Below, piece after piece: positions 10,231-19,261 of a stretch of 64,000 nt of DNA. The stretch comes from Gemmatimonadota bacterium (GTDB taxonomy: Bacteria > Gemmatimonadota > Gemmatimonadetes > Palauibacterales > Palauibacteraceae), in NCBI GenBank assembly GCA_965116475.1, contig OZ220691.1, positions 1,056,001-1,120,000 on the forward strand, in the 5' to 3' direction. The notes below the pieces were generated by a model. It searched no databases, was not told where the DNA came from, and worked only from the letters and a program-made list of their open reading frames with translations. The first letter of the stretch is position 1, and every line of letters begins with the position of its first letter. A program made the position numbers and the translations under genes.

Positions 10231-11349
10231 ATGAATCCACTGACTCCACGCACGACCACTTTCCTTGCGCTGAGCACCTTTCTCCTTCTCGCGCCCGCGG
10301 GTCGGGCCGCGGCGCAGGAAACGCTGGCGCCGCCCGTTCCCGGCCCCCTTCCCATGGGGGCGGCGTGTGTCGTGCCGGATTCCATCGGGGAGGGACTCCG
10401 CCGGATCGCGCGACGGGTCGGCGACGCCGTCGGCGTCTCCGCACTGCACGTCGAGTCGGGCGCCCGGATCTCGCTGAACGGAGACCGGCCCTACCCGATG
10501 GCGAGCGTATCGAAGGTCCCCATGGCGCTCGAGTTCCTGCGGCGCGTCGACCTCGGGGAGATCGATCCCGCCGAGACGGTCGTCGTGACGGTGGAGGAGT
10601 TTCGCCCCGGGCACAGTCCGCTCGCCGCCTGGTCGGGGGCGCGGTCCGCGCGCCTCACCGTGGACAGCCTCTTCTCGCTCATGCTCGCCCAGTCGGACAA
10701 CACGGCGACCGACGTCATCCTCAACATGTCGGGCGGACCCGAGGCCGCCACGCGCCACCTGCACCGGCTGGGCGTCGAGGGCGTGCGCGTCGACCGCTCC
10801 GAGGCCCGCACCTTCGCGGACCTGGTCGGCCTCCCGGATACGATCCCCGAGAGCGAACTGTATCGCTACCAGTATTTCCGGCTGCGCGATGCCCTGCCCG
10901 ACGCGCACCGCCAGGCCGCGCGCGAGCGCTACGGCACGGACCCGCGGGACACGGCGACGCCGGACGGGATGACGGATCTCCTGCTTACGATCCACGAGGG
11001 CAGGGGACTCACGCCCGAATCGCGCGCCTGGATCCTCGACGTGCTGAACCGGTCGCGGTCAGGACGCGCGCGGATGCGGGGGCGGCTGCCGCAGTCCACC
11101 TTCGTCGCGCACAAGACGGGAACGATGGGCGGCGCGATCAACGACGTGGGGATCGTCAAGCTGCCGGATGGCGCGGGGCATCTCATCGTCTCGGTGTTCG
11201 TGAACACGCTGCGGCGGCCGACGTGGCGGCGGGAACGCACGATCGCGGAGATGACGCATCTGCTGTACGACTACTTTGGGGATGAATTCAGGGGGCGGGG
11301 CGCCGCGGTCGCGGTCGCGAGACGCTTCGGCGCCCCCTGCGTCGCCTGA
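10231..11349 (+). CDS. Class A beta-lactamase-family serine hydrolase
   Basis: SVSK (SxxK), SDN, DRSE, DT.TP, HKTGT, NDVG; signal peptide. Confidence 0.85.
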   Translation: MNPLTPRTTTFLALSTFLLLAPAGRAAAQETLAPPVPGPLPMGAACVVPDSIGEGLRRIARRVGDAVGVSALHVESGARISLNGDRPYPMASVSKVPMALEFLRRVDLGEIDPAETVVVTVEEFRPGHSPLAAWSGARSARLTVDSLFSLMLAQSDNTATDVILNMSGGPEAATRHLHRLGVEGVRVDRSEARTFADLVGLPDTIPESELYRYQYFRLRDALPDAHRQAARERYGTDPRDTATPDGMTDLLLTIHEGRGLTPESRAWILDVLNRSRSGRARMRGRLPQSTFVAHKTGTMGGAINDVGIVKLPDGAGHLIVSVFVNTLRRPTWRRERTIAEMTHLLYDYFGDEFRGRGAAVAVARRFGAPCVA

Positions 11350-11388
11350 GTGGCCTGAGTGGCGTGACCGGCCTGATCGGCCTGCTCA
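11344..11388. repeat. Degenerate 9-bp tandem repeat (GCCTGAGTG-like) x5 between convergent genes
   Basis: gcctgagtg gcctgagtg gcgtgaccg gcctgatcg gcctgctca; first unit contains the beta-lactamase stop. Confidence 0.7.
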
Positions 11389-11577
11389 GGAACTCCGGTT
11401 TCCGTTGGCGAAGATGCGGTACAGCGCCGCCCAGCCCACGGCGATGTACACAAGCCGGGCGAGGGGGCCGAAGGCCGCGGCCACGAAGTTGAACCCGATG
11501 AGGCCGATCAATCCCCAGTTGAGGGCGCCGGCCAGCAGCAGCGCGTTCGCCACTCTGTTGCAACTCTTCCCGTTCAT
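11386..11577 (-). CDS. DUF378 family small membrane protein
   Basis: GALNWGLIG..FN.VAA.FG..AR.VY..VG..ALY signature. Confidence 0.85.
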   Translation of the reverse strand: MNGKSCNRVANALLLAGALNWGLIGLIGFNFVAAAFGPLARLVYIAVGWAALYRIFANGNRSS

Positions 11578-11660
11578 GTATCTCTCCCGACTGAACCTGG
11601 CTGCGGGGCCGGCTGCAGGTCCGGCTGCGGCGCGCGGAACCCCTCCCGGTGACCCGTCGC

Positions 11661-11705
11661 GGTACGACGACACGGTACGAAGACATGGTACGAAGACATA
11701 GTACG
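11661..11705. repeat. 13-bp tandem repeat (GGTACGAAGACAT) ~3.5 copies in divergent intergenic region
   Basis: ggtacgacgacac ggtacgaagacat ggtacgaagacat agtacg. Confidence 0.85.
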
Positions 11706-11786
11706 CACGAAGATCGATCGGGTTTCGCAAGACCCGAATGCACTCGGACAGGGGCCTCAGCGCCGAGATGATGCGGAGATGATCAT

Positions 11787-12218
11787 TTGAGACGTCGCGA
11801 CTTCGTTGCCGCCCTTTCCGGCGCGCTCGCCGTGGCCGCCTGCGGAGACGGCGCCGGGCCCGGGACGCCCCCACCCGAGCCGCCGCCCGCGCCACCGCCC
11901 CCGCCGCCCGGTCCGGTGCCGGGAGCGAACGTGACGGTGAACATCGAGGACAACGCCTTCGTCGACCCGGCGGGGCGCCGCAACGGCGACGCGGAGGTGA
12001 CGATCCGGAGTGGCGAGACGGTGGGCTGGCGGCACGTCGGCGCGAACCCGCACACGGTGACGTCGACCGACGTTCCGTCCGGTGCGCAGGCCTTCGACAG
12101 CCGGACGATGAGCCACAACGACACCTTCACGGTCACGCCGAGCGTGGCGGGCACGTACGTGTACTACTGCGCCACGCACCCGAGCATCATGGTGGGAGCC
12201 CGCATCATCGTCACCTGA
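11787..12218 (+). CDS. Cupredoxin/plastocyanin-like copper-binding Tat lipoprotein
   Basis: RRRDF Tat motif, LAVAAC lipobox, Pro linker, PHTVT and YYCATHPSIM type-1 Cu ligands. Confidence 0.85.
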   Translation: MRRRDFVAALSGALAVAACGDGAGPGTPPPEPPPAPPPPPPGPVPGANVTVNIEDNAFVDPAGRRNGDAEVTIRSGETVGWRHVGANPHTVTSTDVPSGAQAFDSRTMSHNDTFTVTPSVAGTYVYYCATHPSIMVGARIIVT

Positions 12219-12370
12219 CCGCTGCCGGATTCAACCCTGCCCGAGGCGCGCGTGTCGTCTATCTGAACCTCCTTCGAGCTTCGGTCGAGAGCGGACACGA
12301 GCGGACGCCAATACTCGGCCGTGAGCAGATGACGATCACCCGGAATCGACGCGGATACGGCAGACACCGA

Positions 12371-14722
12371 ATGACACGCGCGCGACACGTGCGGCGGCTC
12401 CCGGGCCTTGCCCTTGCCCTGCTTCTTCTCCCCTGCGGAGTTCGCGCAGTCGGAGCCCAGGAAAGCGGGGGCTCGACCTCGACCATACAGGCCATGCGGC
12501 TGACCGCCGACGAGCGCATCGATCTGGACGGCCGCATCGAGGAATCGGTGTGGGGCCGCATCGAGGCGATCAGCGACTTCCGGCAGCGCGAGCCCGTCGA
12601 GGGCGGCACGCCGTCGCACCCCACCGAAGTCCGCGTCGCCTACGATCGCGACAATCTCTACATCGCGGCGATTCTGTTCGACGAGCCCGGCGAGATCCTC
12701 GCCCGCCAGCGCGCGCGAGACGCGTTTCTGTTCACGGACGACCGGTTCGCCTGGGTGCTCGACACGTTCGGGGACGGCCGCACCGGCTACCACTTCGAGA
12801 CCAACGCGGCCGGCGCCCTCAGCGACGGGCTCATCACGGGCACCGGCGGACGCGGCGGCGGTGGAGGGGGCGGCGGGTTCGGCGGCGTCAACCGCTCGTG
12901 GGACGGGATCTGGGAGGTGCGCACCGCGCGCCGTCCCGACGGGTGGTCCGCGGAGATCCGGATCCCCTTCCGCACGCTGAACTTCGTCCCGAACGGCGAG
13001 AACTGGGGCATCAACTTCCTGCGCTCGATCCGGCGCAACAACGAAGAGATCCTGTGGCGCGGCTACGGGCGGAACGAGGGCCTGAACCGCCTCGTGTTCG
13101 CGGGCGAACTGGAGGGACTCGAAGGTCTCTCGCAGGGGATCGGCCTGGAGGCGGTGGCTTCGGGCATCGGCAGTTGGCGCAACACCCCCGGCAACGCGGA
13201 CCCGACGACGTTCCCGCGCGACGTGAGCCTCGACCTCAACTACAGCGTGACGCCGAGTCTGCGCGCCTCCTTCAGCGTCAACACGGATTTCGCCGAGGTG
13301 GAGAGCGACCAGCGCCGCGTCAACCTCACGCGCTTCCCGCTCCGCTTCCCGGAGCGGCGCGACTTCTTTCTCGAGGGTTCGAGCGTGTTCACGTTCGCCC
13401 CCCGCAGCGGCCCGCAGCCCTTCTTCTCGCGGCGGATCGGGATCGAGGGCGGCCAGCAGGTCCCCATCGACTACGGGCTCCGCCTCACGGGCCAACTCAA
13501 CGGCGTCGACCTCGGCTTCTACCAGATGGGCACGGGCACCCACTCGTACGCCCCCGAGGATGAACTCGGGAACGCGGCCGGACCGGACCCCGCGGACTTC
13601 ATACGGTTCGAGCGGGAGGCGTTCACGGTGGCGCGCGCCCGGGTCCCCATCTTCGAGCAGTCGGCCATCGGCGCCATCTATACGCGCCGGAGCACGGCGG
13701 CCGACGCGGACGGCGTCCTGCCGGCGGACCGGCATACGCTCGGCGCGGACCTCGACTATCGGACCAACAGCCTGTTCGGGAACCAGAACTTCGAGGCCGA
13801 GGCGTTCATGGTCTGGAACTCGAATCCGGACCCGGCCGTGTCGCGGACCTTCCAGGATCTCTCCGCCTGGGGCGCCCGGATCAACTTCCCCAACGACCTG
13901 TGGTCGGGGCACGTCTCCTACCGGGAGTTCGGCGACGACTACAGTCCCGCGGTCGGGTTCGTGGCCCGGAACGACTTCCGCCGCGTGGAGCCGCGGATCG
14001 GGTTCTCCCCCCGCCCCGCCATCGACTGGATCCGGCAGGTGGAGGTCTCGGTCCAGTTGAGGAACCTGTGGGAAATGGGGTCCATGATCCTCGAGGAGCA
14101 GGAACTCCAGCTGAACTTCCTCGACATCGACTTCGAGAGCGGCGACAACCTGAGCTTCGAGGCGGTGCGGACGTACGAATTCCTCGACCGGCAGTTCGAG
14201 ATCAGCGACGGCATCGACATCATGCCGGGCGACTACACGACGTGGGACTATCAGATCCGGGGCCGGACGACGAGCCGCCGTCCCGTTTCGGTCCGGGGCG
14301 GGGCCAACATCGGCGGCTTCTGGAACGGCGACCGGGTGCGGGTCGACCTCAACGCGAACTTCCGGCCGAACCCCGGGATCAACCTGGAGACGGGCTACGA
14401 GCGCAACGCCGTGTACCTGCCGCAGGGCGATTTCGTCACGAACCTCTATCGCCTCGAGGGTTCATGGGACCCGACCCCGTGGATCGGCGTGACGAACCAG
14501 TTCCAGTACGACGATGTGAGCCGCGTGCTGGGGCTGTTCATGCGCTTCCGCTGGATCCTGAAGCCGGGCAACGACCTCTTCCTCGTCTACACCCACAACT
14601 GGCGGAACCTGGAGTCCGGGCTGCTCGATGAACCCGACGATTCCGACCTGATGGGGTGGATGGACCTGAGAACCCTCTCGCGCGGCGCCTCGGTCAAGCT
14701 GAACTACACGTACCGCTTCTAG
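12371..14722 (+). CDS. Carbohydrate-binding family 9-like / DUF5916 outer-membrane protein
   Basis: IDLDG..EE..W, YD..NLYIA, GWSAEIRIPF.TL, NTDFAEVE.D, ERRDFFLEG, FFSRRIG; C-terminal KLNYTYRF. Confidence 0.85.
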   Translation: MTRARHVRRLPGLALALLLLPCGVRAVGAQESGGSTSTIQAMRLTADERIDLDGRIEESVWGRIEAISDFRQREPVEGGTPSHPTEVRVAYDRDNLYIAAILFDEPGEILARQRARDAFLFTDDRFAWVLDTFGDGRTGYHFETNAAGALSDGLITGTGGRGGGGGGGGFGGVNRSWDGIWEVRTARRPDGWSAEIRIPFRTLNFVPNGENWGINFLRSIRRNNEEILWRGYGRNEGLNRLVFAGELEGLEGLSQGIGLEAVASGIGSWRNTPGNADPTTFPRDVSLDLNYSVTPSLRASFSVNTDFAEVESDQRRVNLTRFPLRFPERRDFFLEGSSVFTFAPRSGPQPFFSRRIGIEGGQQVPIDYGLRLTGQLNGVDLGFYQMGTGTHSYAPEDELGNAAGPDPADFIRFEREAFTVARARVPIFEQSAIGAIYTRRSTAADADGVLPADRHTLGADLDYRTNSLFGNQNFEAEAFMVWNSNPDPAVSRTFQDLSAWGARINFPNDLWSGHVSYREFGDDYSPAVGFVARNDFRRVEPRIGFSPRPAIDWIRQVEVSVQLRNLWEMGSMILEEQELQLNFLDIDFESGDNLSFEAVRTYEFLDRQFEISDGIDIMPGDYTTWDYQIRGRTTSRRPVSVRGGANIGGFWNGDRVRVDLNANFRPNPGINLETGYERNAVYLPQGDFVTNLYRLEGSWDPTPWIGVTNQFQYDDVSRVLGLFMRFRWILKPGNDLFLVYTHNWRNLESGLLDEPDDSDLMGWMDLRTLSRGASVKLNYTYRF

Positions 14723-14765
14723 CTCGGCCGTCGCGCGGCCGGCGGTCCGCCCCTTCGCTTCCGGG

Positions 14766-15398
14766 CTACCGCCCGAACGCCTCGAAGAAGGCGAGTTCGT
14801 GGCGCATGGCCTCGGCGTAGACCTCCGCCGCCCGCTCCGGCATGTCGGCGGCCAGGTCGTCGAGCAACCCCTCGAGGTCCCGGGCGAGGCGTTCGAACTC
14901 CCGGGAGCCGTATGTGTCGATCCACTCCGCGTACGGGTTCTCCTCGTAGTCGGTCGCACGAAGCTGCTGCCCAAGCCAGGCGTACAACCGCATGCAAGGC
15001 GTCATCGCGGCCAGAGTCTCGCCCACATCCGCGTTCCAGGCCGTCTCCGCGAGGAAATCTGTGTAGTCCTTCGCGGCGGCGTTGGGCGTGACAGACTCGA
15101 GATCGATTCGGAGTTGCTCGGCGTAGACGCGATGAAGTTCGAGTTCCTTGAGGACCCCTGCCATCAGGAAGACCAGCCGGCGCGCGACGTTCATCCGGTC
15201 GGCGGTGCGCGCGGCGGCCAGCGCGTAGGCGCTGAAGAAGGCCCGCAGGAAGAAGGCGTCCTGGGCCACGTAGCGCCGGAACGCCTCCGGATCGAGCGTC
15301 CCGTCGGAGAGGCCGCGCACGAACTGGGAGCGGAGGCAGGCACCGGCGAGGCCGGCGTTCCGGGCCCAGAGCGCCTCGTGCAGCGGTCGATTCGTCAT
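14766..15398 (-). CDS. tenA: TenA/THI-4 family protein (thiaminase II-like)
   Basis: F..Y..QD.FFL, PCMRLY, NPY.EWI.TY, E..FF. Confidence 0.85.
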   Translation of the reverse strand: MTNRPLHEALWARNAGLAGACLRSQFVRGLSDGTLDPEAFRRYVAQDAFFLRAFFSAYALAAARTADRMNVARRLVFLMAGVLKELELHRVYAEQLRIDLESVTPNAAAKDYTDFLAETAWNADVGETLAAMTPCMRLYAWLGQQLRATDYEENPYAEWIDTYGSREFERLARDLEGLLDDLAADMPERAAEVYAEAMRHELAFFEAFGR

Positions 15399-15417
15399 TC
15401 CGCCCCCGGCGCGTCCG

Positions 15418-15849
15418 TCAACTGAACAGCGTGCCCACGGCCTCGGGCGGGGCGGTGAAGTGGAAGCGCGGGACCGGGGCGCGGAAGACGGATCCGTCGC
15501 GGCGCCGGAAGTGGTAGAACCCCTCCATGTGACCCGTCGGACCCCGCAGGATGCAGAAACTGTTGTACCGGTGCGAATCCCCCGGTTCCAGCACCGGCGA
15601 CTGCCCGACCACGCCCTCCCCCTCGACCTCGTGTCCCCCCGCCACGAGATCGTGGATCAGCCAGTGGCGCCAGAAGAGTTGCGCCGTCTCCGTTCCCACA
15701 TTCTCGATCGTGATGTGGTAGACGAAGACGTAGCGCCAGGCCGCGGGATCCGAGTGTTCCGGCGCGTACTCCGGCCGCACGCGGATGGCCATCGCGTCCG
15801 GGACGATGGGGGGAACGCCGGCGTCGGGGGTCGTCTCATCAGGGGCCAT
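15418..15849 (-). CDS. apaG: ApaG family protein
   Basis: F.Y.ITIEN.G, RHW.I, EVEGEGVVG..P.L.PG, G.MEG.Y. Confidence 0.92.
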   Translation of the reverse strand: MAPDETTPDAGVPPIVPDAMAIRVRPEYAPEHSDPAAWRYVFVYHITIENVGTETAQLFWRHWLIHDLVAGGHEVEGEGVVGQSPVLEPGDSHRYNSFCILRGPTGHMEGFYHFRRRDGSVFRAPVPRFHFTAPPEAVGTLFS

Positions 15850-15979
15850 GCGGGCGCAGGATACGCCGTGACCGTTGCGCGGGCCACGTCTCGCGCCGCA
15901 GAGTATCAGTGCATCGTTTTGTTCGGGCCGCACGCCCGGTTCGCGGACGACGGCCGGGCGACAGGAACTTTGAGGGAGC

Positions 15980-17173
15980 ATGGAGGAAGCGATGGATTCC
16001 CAGCACACGTTCTCACGCCGGCACTTCGTGGGCGGCGCCGCCGCGGCCCTGGGCGTTGCGGGCCTGAACCCGTCGGCGGTCATCGGCGCCGGGCTCAAGC
16101 CTCCTCCGAAGGGCGTCGAGCCGCTCGACCCCTACGACGATCTCGCCAAGCTCTCCTCCAACGAGAACCCGTACGGGCCCTCGAAGAAGATGCTGGAGGC
16201 GATGAAAGGGGCCTGGAAGTACTCGAACCGGTACGGCTATCCGGATGGCGACATCCTCGAGAAGATCGCGGCGTCGCACGGGGTCCCCACCGATCACGTG
16301 ATGATCAACGCGGGCTCCGGCGAGACGCTGCGCGTGGCGGGCCTCGCCTTCCTGCGCCATGAGGAGAAGGTCGTCGGCGTGTCGCCCACGTACCTGACCG
16401 TCTACCGGACCGCCTCCGGGATCGACGCGGACGTGATCGAGCGCCCGCTCCTGCCCGACTACACGCAGGACATCGACGACCTCATCGAGGTCACGAACCG
16501 CAACTATCGCGATGTGGGCATGGTCTACATCTGCAATCCCAACAACCCCACGGGCGTCATCGTCCCATCGGACGACATCCGCCGCCTGCTGGATGGGATT
16601 CCGGAAGACGTCCCCGTGCTCATCGACGAGGCGTACCACCACTTCATCGAGGACCCGCGCTACGAGACGGCCCTCCCCTACATCAAGGAAGGCCGCAAGG
16701 TGCTCGTGACGCGCACCTTCTCGAAGATCTACGGGCTGGCGGGCATGCGCCTCGGCTACGGGATCGCTCCGCCCGAGATGATCGACCAGATGCGGGACTA
16801 CGCGACGGGGAGCGTGAATGCGCTCGTGAAGTGGGGCGGCGTCGCCGCGCTCGAGGACAAGGAGTACGAGGCCTGGATCAAGGAGACCTCGAACACGCTC
16901 CGTGACCAGACCGCCGACATCCTCAGGGGCCAGGGCTTCGACGTCCTCCCGTCGGAGACGAACTTCTTCATGGTCCGCACGGGCCGCCCGTCGTCCGAGG
17001 TCAGGGCCGAGTTCCGCAAGCACGACGTAGCCGTGGGCCGGGACTTCCCGCCCATGCTCGACTGGCTGCGCGTCTCCGTGGGGACGGAAGATGAGATGAA
17101 GCGCTTCATGACGGCGTGGAACGAGATCTTCCCCGACGGCATGACGGCCGCCGACAGCAACAGCCGCTCGTAG
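15980..17173 (+). CDS. HisC-like class I/II PLP aminotransferase with Tat signal
   Basis: SRRHF; LSSNENPYGP, NRY..P, CNPNNPTG, DEAY, RTFSKIYGLAGMRLGY. Confidence 0.9.
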   Translation: MEEAMDSQHTFSRRHFVGGAAAALGVAGLNPSAVIGAGLKPPPKGVEPLDPYDDLAKLSSNENPYGPSKKMLEAMKGAWKYSNRYGYPDGDILEKIAASHGVPTDHVMINAGSGETLRVAGLAFLRHEEKVVGVSPTYLTVYRTASGIDADVIERPLLPDYTQDIDDLIEVTNRNYRDVGMVYICNPNNPTGVIVPSDDIRRLLDGIPEDVPVLIDEAYHHFIEDPRYETALPYIKEGRKVLVTRTFSKIYGLAGMRLGYGIAPPEMIDQMRDYATGSVNALVKWGGVAALEDKEYEAWIKETSNTLRDQTADILRGQGFDVLPSETNFFMVRTGRPSSEVRAEFRKHDVAVGRDFPPMLDWLRVSVGTEDEMKRFMTAWNEIFPDGMTAADSNSRS

Positions 17174-17192
17174 GGCGCCCGGCGCACTTCAC

Positions 17193-17996
17193 ATGCCAGG
17201 AACACGCCGGGGACTTCATGGGTCGCGCAGGCGCGGCATGGCGATGTGGCTCTCGCTTGCGGGCCTGATCCTGCATCTGGCCGTCGCGGCGCCGGCGCGG
17301 GCCCAGGTGGACCCGGACGCCATCATCGACCGGGTGGACCGGATGCTGCGGGGTGATTCCAGTCGGGGCGTCGCGACGATGGAGGTCGTGACCGAGCACT
17401 GGGAGCGGCGGATGACGATGGAGATCTGGTCGCTCGGCACGGATTATTCGCTCGTCCGCCTGCGGGAGCCGCGGAGGGAAGCCGGAACGGCGACCCTGAA
17501 GGCAGCCGAGGACATCTGGAACTACCTCCCCAAGGTCGACCGGACGATCAAGGTTCCCGCCTCGATGATGGGCGGATCGTGGATGGGGTCGCACTTCACG
17601 AACGACGACCTGGTCAAGGACAGCAGGCTCGTCGAGGACTACGACATCGAACTCGTGTTCGACGGACAGGATGCGGACGGCGTGGCGGTCTGGGACTTTC
17701 GCCTGACCCCGAAGCCGGAGGTGCCCGTCGTCTGGGGGCACATCGAGTACCGGATCCGGCAGTCCGATGACATGCCGATCCGGGCGGAGTTCTTCGACGA
17801 GGACGGCGAGCTGGCCAGGACCGTCGAGCACGGCGACTACACCGAGTTCAGCGGGCGGATCGTTCCCCGGGTCATGAACATGCACCCGGCGGACAAGCCG
17901 GACGAACGCACGACGATCCGCTACGAGGAACTGGAGTTCGACATCGACATCGAGCCGTCCTTCTTCTCACTCCGGACCCTGCAGCGCGGGAGGTAG
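17193..17996 (+). CDS. Outer-membrane lipoprotein-sorting (LolA-like) protein
   Basis: E.GT.TLK, W.YLP...R, SWMGS.FT.DD, FF..R.L; start may be ~17238. Confidence 0.8.
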   Translation: MPGTRRGLHGSRRRGMAMWLSLAGLILHLAVAAPARAQVDPDAIIDRVDRMLRGDSSRGVATMEVVTEHWERRMTMEIWSLGTDYSLVRLREPRREAGTATLKAAEDIWNYLPKVDRTIKVPASMMGGSWMGSHFTNDDLVKDSRLVEDYDIELVFDGQDADGVAVWDFRLTPKPEVPVVWGHIEYRIRQSDDMPIRAEFFDEDGELARTVEHGDYTEFSGRIVPRVMNMHPADKPDERTTIRYEELEFDIDIEPSFFSLRTLQRGR

Positions 17997-18002
17997 CGGC
18001 GC

Positions 18003-19259
18003 GTGACGGGCCGATTGTGGCGAATCGGATGGCGCAACCTCGGCCGCAACCGGAAGCGAACAGTTCTTACCGCGCTCGGCCTCGGGGTCGGCTATTTCGC
18101 CGTGGTGTTCATGGTCGGATGGGCCGAGGGCGTCTCGACGGAACTCGTCGAGAACGCCACGTCGCTCGTCAGTGGACAGATCGAGATCCACGATGCCGAC
18201 TACCGGCCCGAGCGCAGCCTGTACGAGACCATCGGCGGCCGCGAGGGGGCCGACGTGGGGGAGATCCTGCGCACCATCGAGGCCGATCCCTCGGTCGTGG
18301 CCGTCGCCCCGCGCGTGTACGCGAGCGGGCTCGTGAGTTCCGGCGAAGCGACATCGGCCGGCGCTCTGCTCGGCGTCGACCCCGAGCGCGAGGTGGCGCT
18401 GAGCCGTTTTCTGGATCCCCTCGTAGAGGGCCGCCTGCCTGCCACCGGCCGATACGAAGCGGTGGTGGGAGATGAGATGGCGCGGCAGCTCGAGCTGAGC
18501 GTCGGAGACGAACTCGTCGTCGTCGCCTCGGCGGCGGACGGCTCGATGGGCAACGACCTGTACACGGTCACCGGCATCTTCCGGACCGGCCTGCTCGAGT
18601 TCGATGCCGGCACCATGGTCCTGCCGGTCGCGGACCTGCAGACGCTCGTGGCCCTCGATCCGGGTCGGGTCCACGAAATCGCGGTCAGCACCGACGACCC
18701 GTCGCAAGCCGACCTGACCGCGACCCGCCTCGGCGCCGCCCTTGGAGCCCCCGAACGGGCGATGTCGGTCGCGCCATGGACGGAACTCAATCCGGTGCTT
18801 GCCCAGTATGTCGCTCTCGCCGATGCGACGTACTGGATCTTCATCGTCCTCATTTACTCGGTCGCCAGCTTCGGCATCGCCAACACGACGCTGATGGCCA
18901 CCTTCGAACGCCGCCGCGAGTTCGCCGTCATGCTGGCGCTGGGTGCATCGCCGCGGTCCGTGGTGGGCACAGTGCTGTCCGAGGCGGTCGCGACCGGCGC
19001 CATGGGGCTGGGACTCGGGACCGCCGTCACGGTGCCGCTGCTGGTCTGGTTCTCGACGGCGCCGCCCGACCTCGGATGGCTCTACGGAAGTCTCACCGTG
19101 GAGGGCGTCCTGCTGACCCCCAGTCTCCGCGTGGGGACCAACGTGCCGGCATGGATCTGGGCGACGATCGGCCTGATCGTCACGGCACTCGTCTCCGCCC
19201 TCTACCCGGCACTCCGCGCGGCGCGGGTGCCGCCCGCCGACACTCTGTCGGGCCTGTAG
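18003..19259 (+). CDS. ABC transporter permease (FtsX/LolE-MacB type)
   Basis: WRNLGRN.KRT.LT, GVDP..E, ER.REF..M.ALG, YPA.RAAR. Confidence 0.88.
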   Translation: MTGRLWRIGWRNLGRNRKRTVLTALGLGVGYFAVVFMVGWAEGVSTELVENATSLVSGQIEIHDADYRPERSLYETIGGREGADVGEILRTIEADPSVVAVAPRVYASGLVSSGEATSAGALLGVDPEREVALSRFLDPLVEGRLPATGRYEAVVGDEMARQLELSVGDELVVVASAADGSMGNDLYTVTGIFRTGLLEFDAGTMVLPVADLQTLVALDPGRVHEIAVSTDDPSQADLTATRLGAALGAPERAMSVAPWTELNPVLAQYVALADATYWIFIVLIYSVASFGIANTTLMATFERRREFAVMLALGASPRSVVGTVLSEAVATGAMGLGLGTAVTVPLLVWFSTAPPDLGWLYGSLTVEGVLLTPSLRVGTNVPAWIWATIGLIVTALVSALYPALRAARVPPADTLSGL

Positions 19260-19261
19260 CC

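Noticed and set aside
15980-17173. Assigning the symbol hisC
   Set aside because: The Tat signal and absence of his genes argue against the biosynthetic enzyme.
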